From Salisapilia sapeloensis CBS 127946 (lineage: Eukaryota > Protista > Oomycota), in NCBI GenBank assembly GCA_023334545.1, contig JAADVB010000090.1, forward strand, positions 1,511-65,510: a stretch of DNA of 64,000 nt. Reading direction: 5' to 3'. A program made the translations under genes and the position numbers. Of this stretch, positions 62,621 to 64,000 are shown one piece after another; position 1 is the first letter of the stretch; each line of letters opens with the position of its first letter. The notes beneath the pieces are model-generated. The model was not told the origin of the DNA, did not search any database, and worked only from the letters and a program-made list of their open reading frames with translations.

Positions 62621-64000
62621 ATTATTATCTGCCAATGTACTATCTACTTTGTAGCAATTAAATTCATGCTGTTTTCTCCGAAATGATTTCATTTTATTTC
62701 TATGTTTCCTATATGTGCCATTTACTTGTCTCTTTAATAGCTTCTAGATTCAGTCACATGCCGGTACGAAGTTTCCACGCTGGGTAATACAACGTCTTTC
62801 ACATAGTGTTAGGAGCTTGGCCCTATACATGTTTTGCTCAGTGCATGGATAAGTTAGGCTCTCGAGGTTTCTTTCTACATAGCTCTTGAAAAAGTTTCAT
62901 GTTCGATGTATGTTGTACGGCTAAGGACACTTGTGTAGGTCTTCCTATGCCGTGAATGCCGAATGTAGATACCTTTACCAACGTTACTCCATCAGTGTCT
63001 TACGTCTTTGACTGTGAGTACTTTGCAGGTCGTCATAGCGACCTGAGAAAGTTAGAAGTAACCTTCTTTCGCAGTTTTCTATGTATTTCGAGATTCGATT
63101 CTCCGATACTACGTGATTGAATCATAGTATGCATTAGCACATCCTGTGGTTGTCTTCATGTTTCCTACCTGCCATCAACGTCTTCGCTACTTACAGAGTA
63201 GATCTCAGAATCACCGTCATTGGCAAATTGTACCGCTAGGTTACAATTGTTGTTAGCATCTAGCGATGGCGATGCTTTCATGGATGTTCCGGGCACTAAC
63301 CTACTTTACTTCTTGCAGCTCCATTCATTGAGAACTTGATTTAGCTGTACGCGATTCTTTCATTTCTACTTTTTCTATGTCCGGTCTATCAGATACTTCA
63401 TGGGCGAACAGGATCGTTGGTGTGCTATGAAGACGTTTTATCGAATATCCCACTGAAAAGAGATATGCAGAGAGATCGTAGGTTTTAATGTGGAGAGTAC
63501 GGAGCTTGGATAAATTATCATGTCAGGCTCTTCAGGCGAATCTAGCAAGTCCATGTAACCTCAGCGTCTCAGGCAGAAACTTTGCAAATCGATGATTCTC
63601 CAAATACTTTTCAAGAATCAGATGAGTAAAATATCTACTTGGAAACGGCTAGCTATGAGGATTAAGCGAGTGAACCACTGTTGGGGCCTTGTAAAGAGAC
63701 CAGAGTAGAGAGAAGCAGAACTTGTAATGATTCATGAATAAATTAATGATGTGATAAATGTTAATGACGTGTTAGGGAATGACTCATTAGAAAAGTGGGG
63801 GGCTCTCGTATCTCTCATTCCTCCATTTTCCATCTTCGAAGCAAATCACCAGCCTACTCGCATCGGATGGCATCGTAATCGCTATGAAGTCTACGTCCTC
63901 GAGGATGATCTAAAGACACTTGGGACGACTCCTAAGGGCCTATAAGCTGACATTGGGGAAGAGCTCGCTATGCTCACACCTTGTCGGTATGAGTGTTGTC

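Noticed and set aside
62650-64000. Terminal AT-rich region with a 64-aa ORF (63751-63945)
   Set aside because: No family motif; possibly an exon of a gene beyond the window but unsupported here.

Overview
Gene-dense eukaryotic genomic DNA with short (about 44-77 nt) GT-AG introns. The gene content points to an oomycete or close stramenopile relative: three START-like+FYVE genes, an ankyrin-FYVE gene, a bZIP with a START-like C-terminus, an LRR receptor-like kinase and a signal-peptide-bearing P5 ATPase. The species cannot be determined from the sequence. About 30 protein-coding genes can be reconstructed, many only after splicing ORF fragments by hand. They include housekeeping genes (COPB2, EMC1, GINS2/Psf2, AP-2 sigma, NUFIP1, FANCM, kynurenine aminotransferase, ZCCHC9-like). 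No rRNA, tRNA, CRISPR array or recognisable transposon was seen. The most unusual items are (1) a four-exon gene, invisible in the ORF track, encoding an F-box-like motif fused to a TFIIS central domain and a zinc ribbon lacking the catalytic Asp-Glu hairpin; (2) a Cu/Zn-SOD-fold protein that has lost most metal ligands, the disulfide and the catalytic Arg; (3) a DIX-like + ELMO fusion; (4) an LRR receptor pseudokinase; (5) a P5 ATPase with an N-terminal secretory domain and an altered TM4 motif; (6) a FANCM with an inserted PHD/ePHD module. All family assignments are by motif recognition and need HMM/BLAST confirmation.
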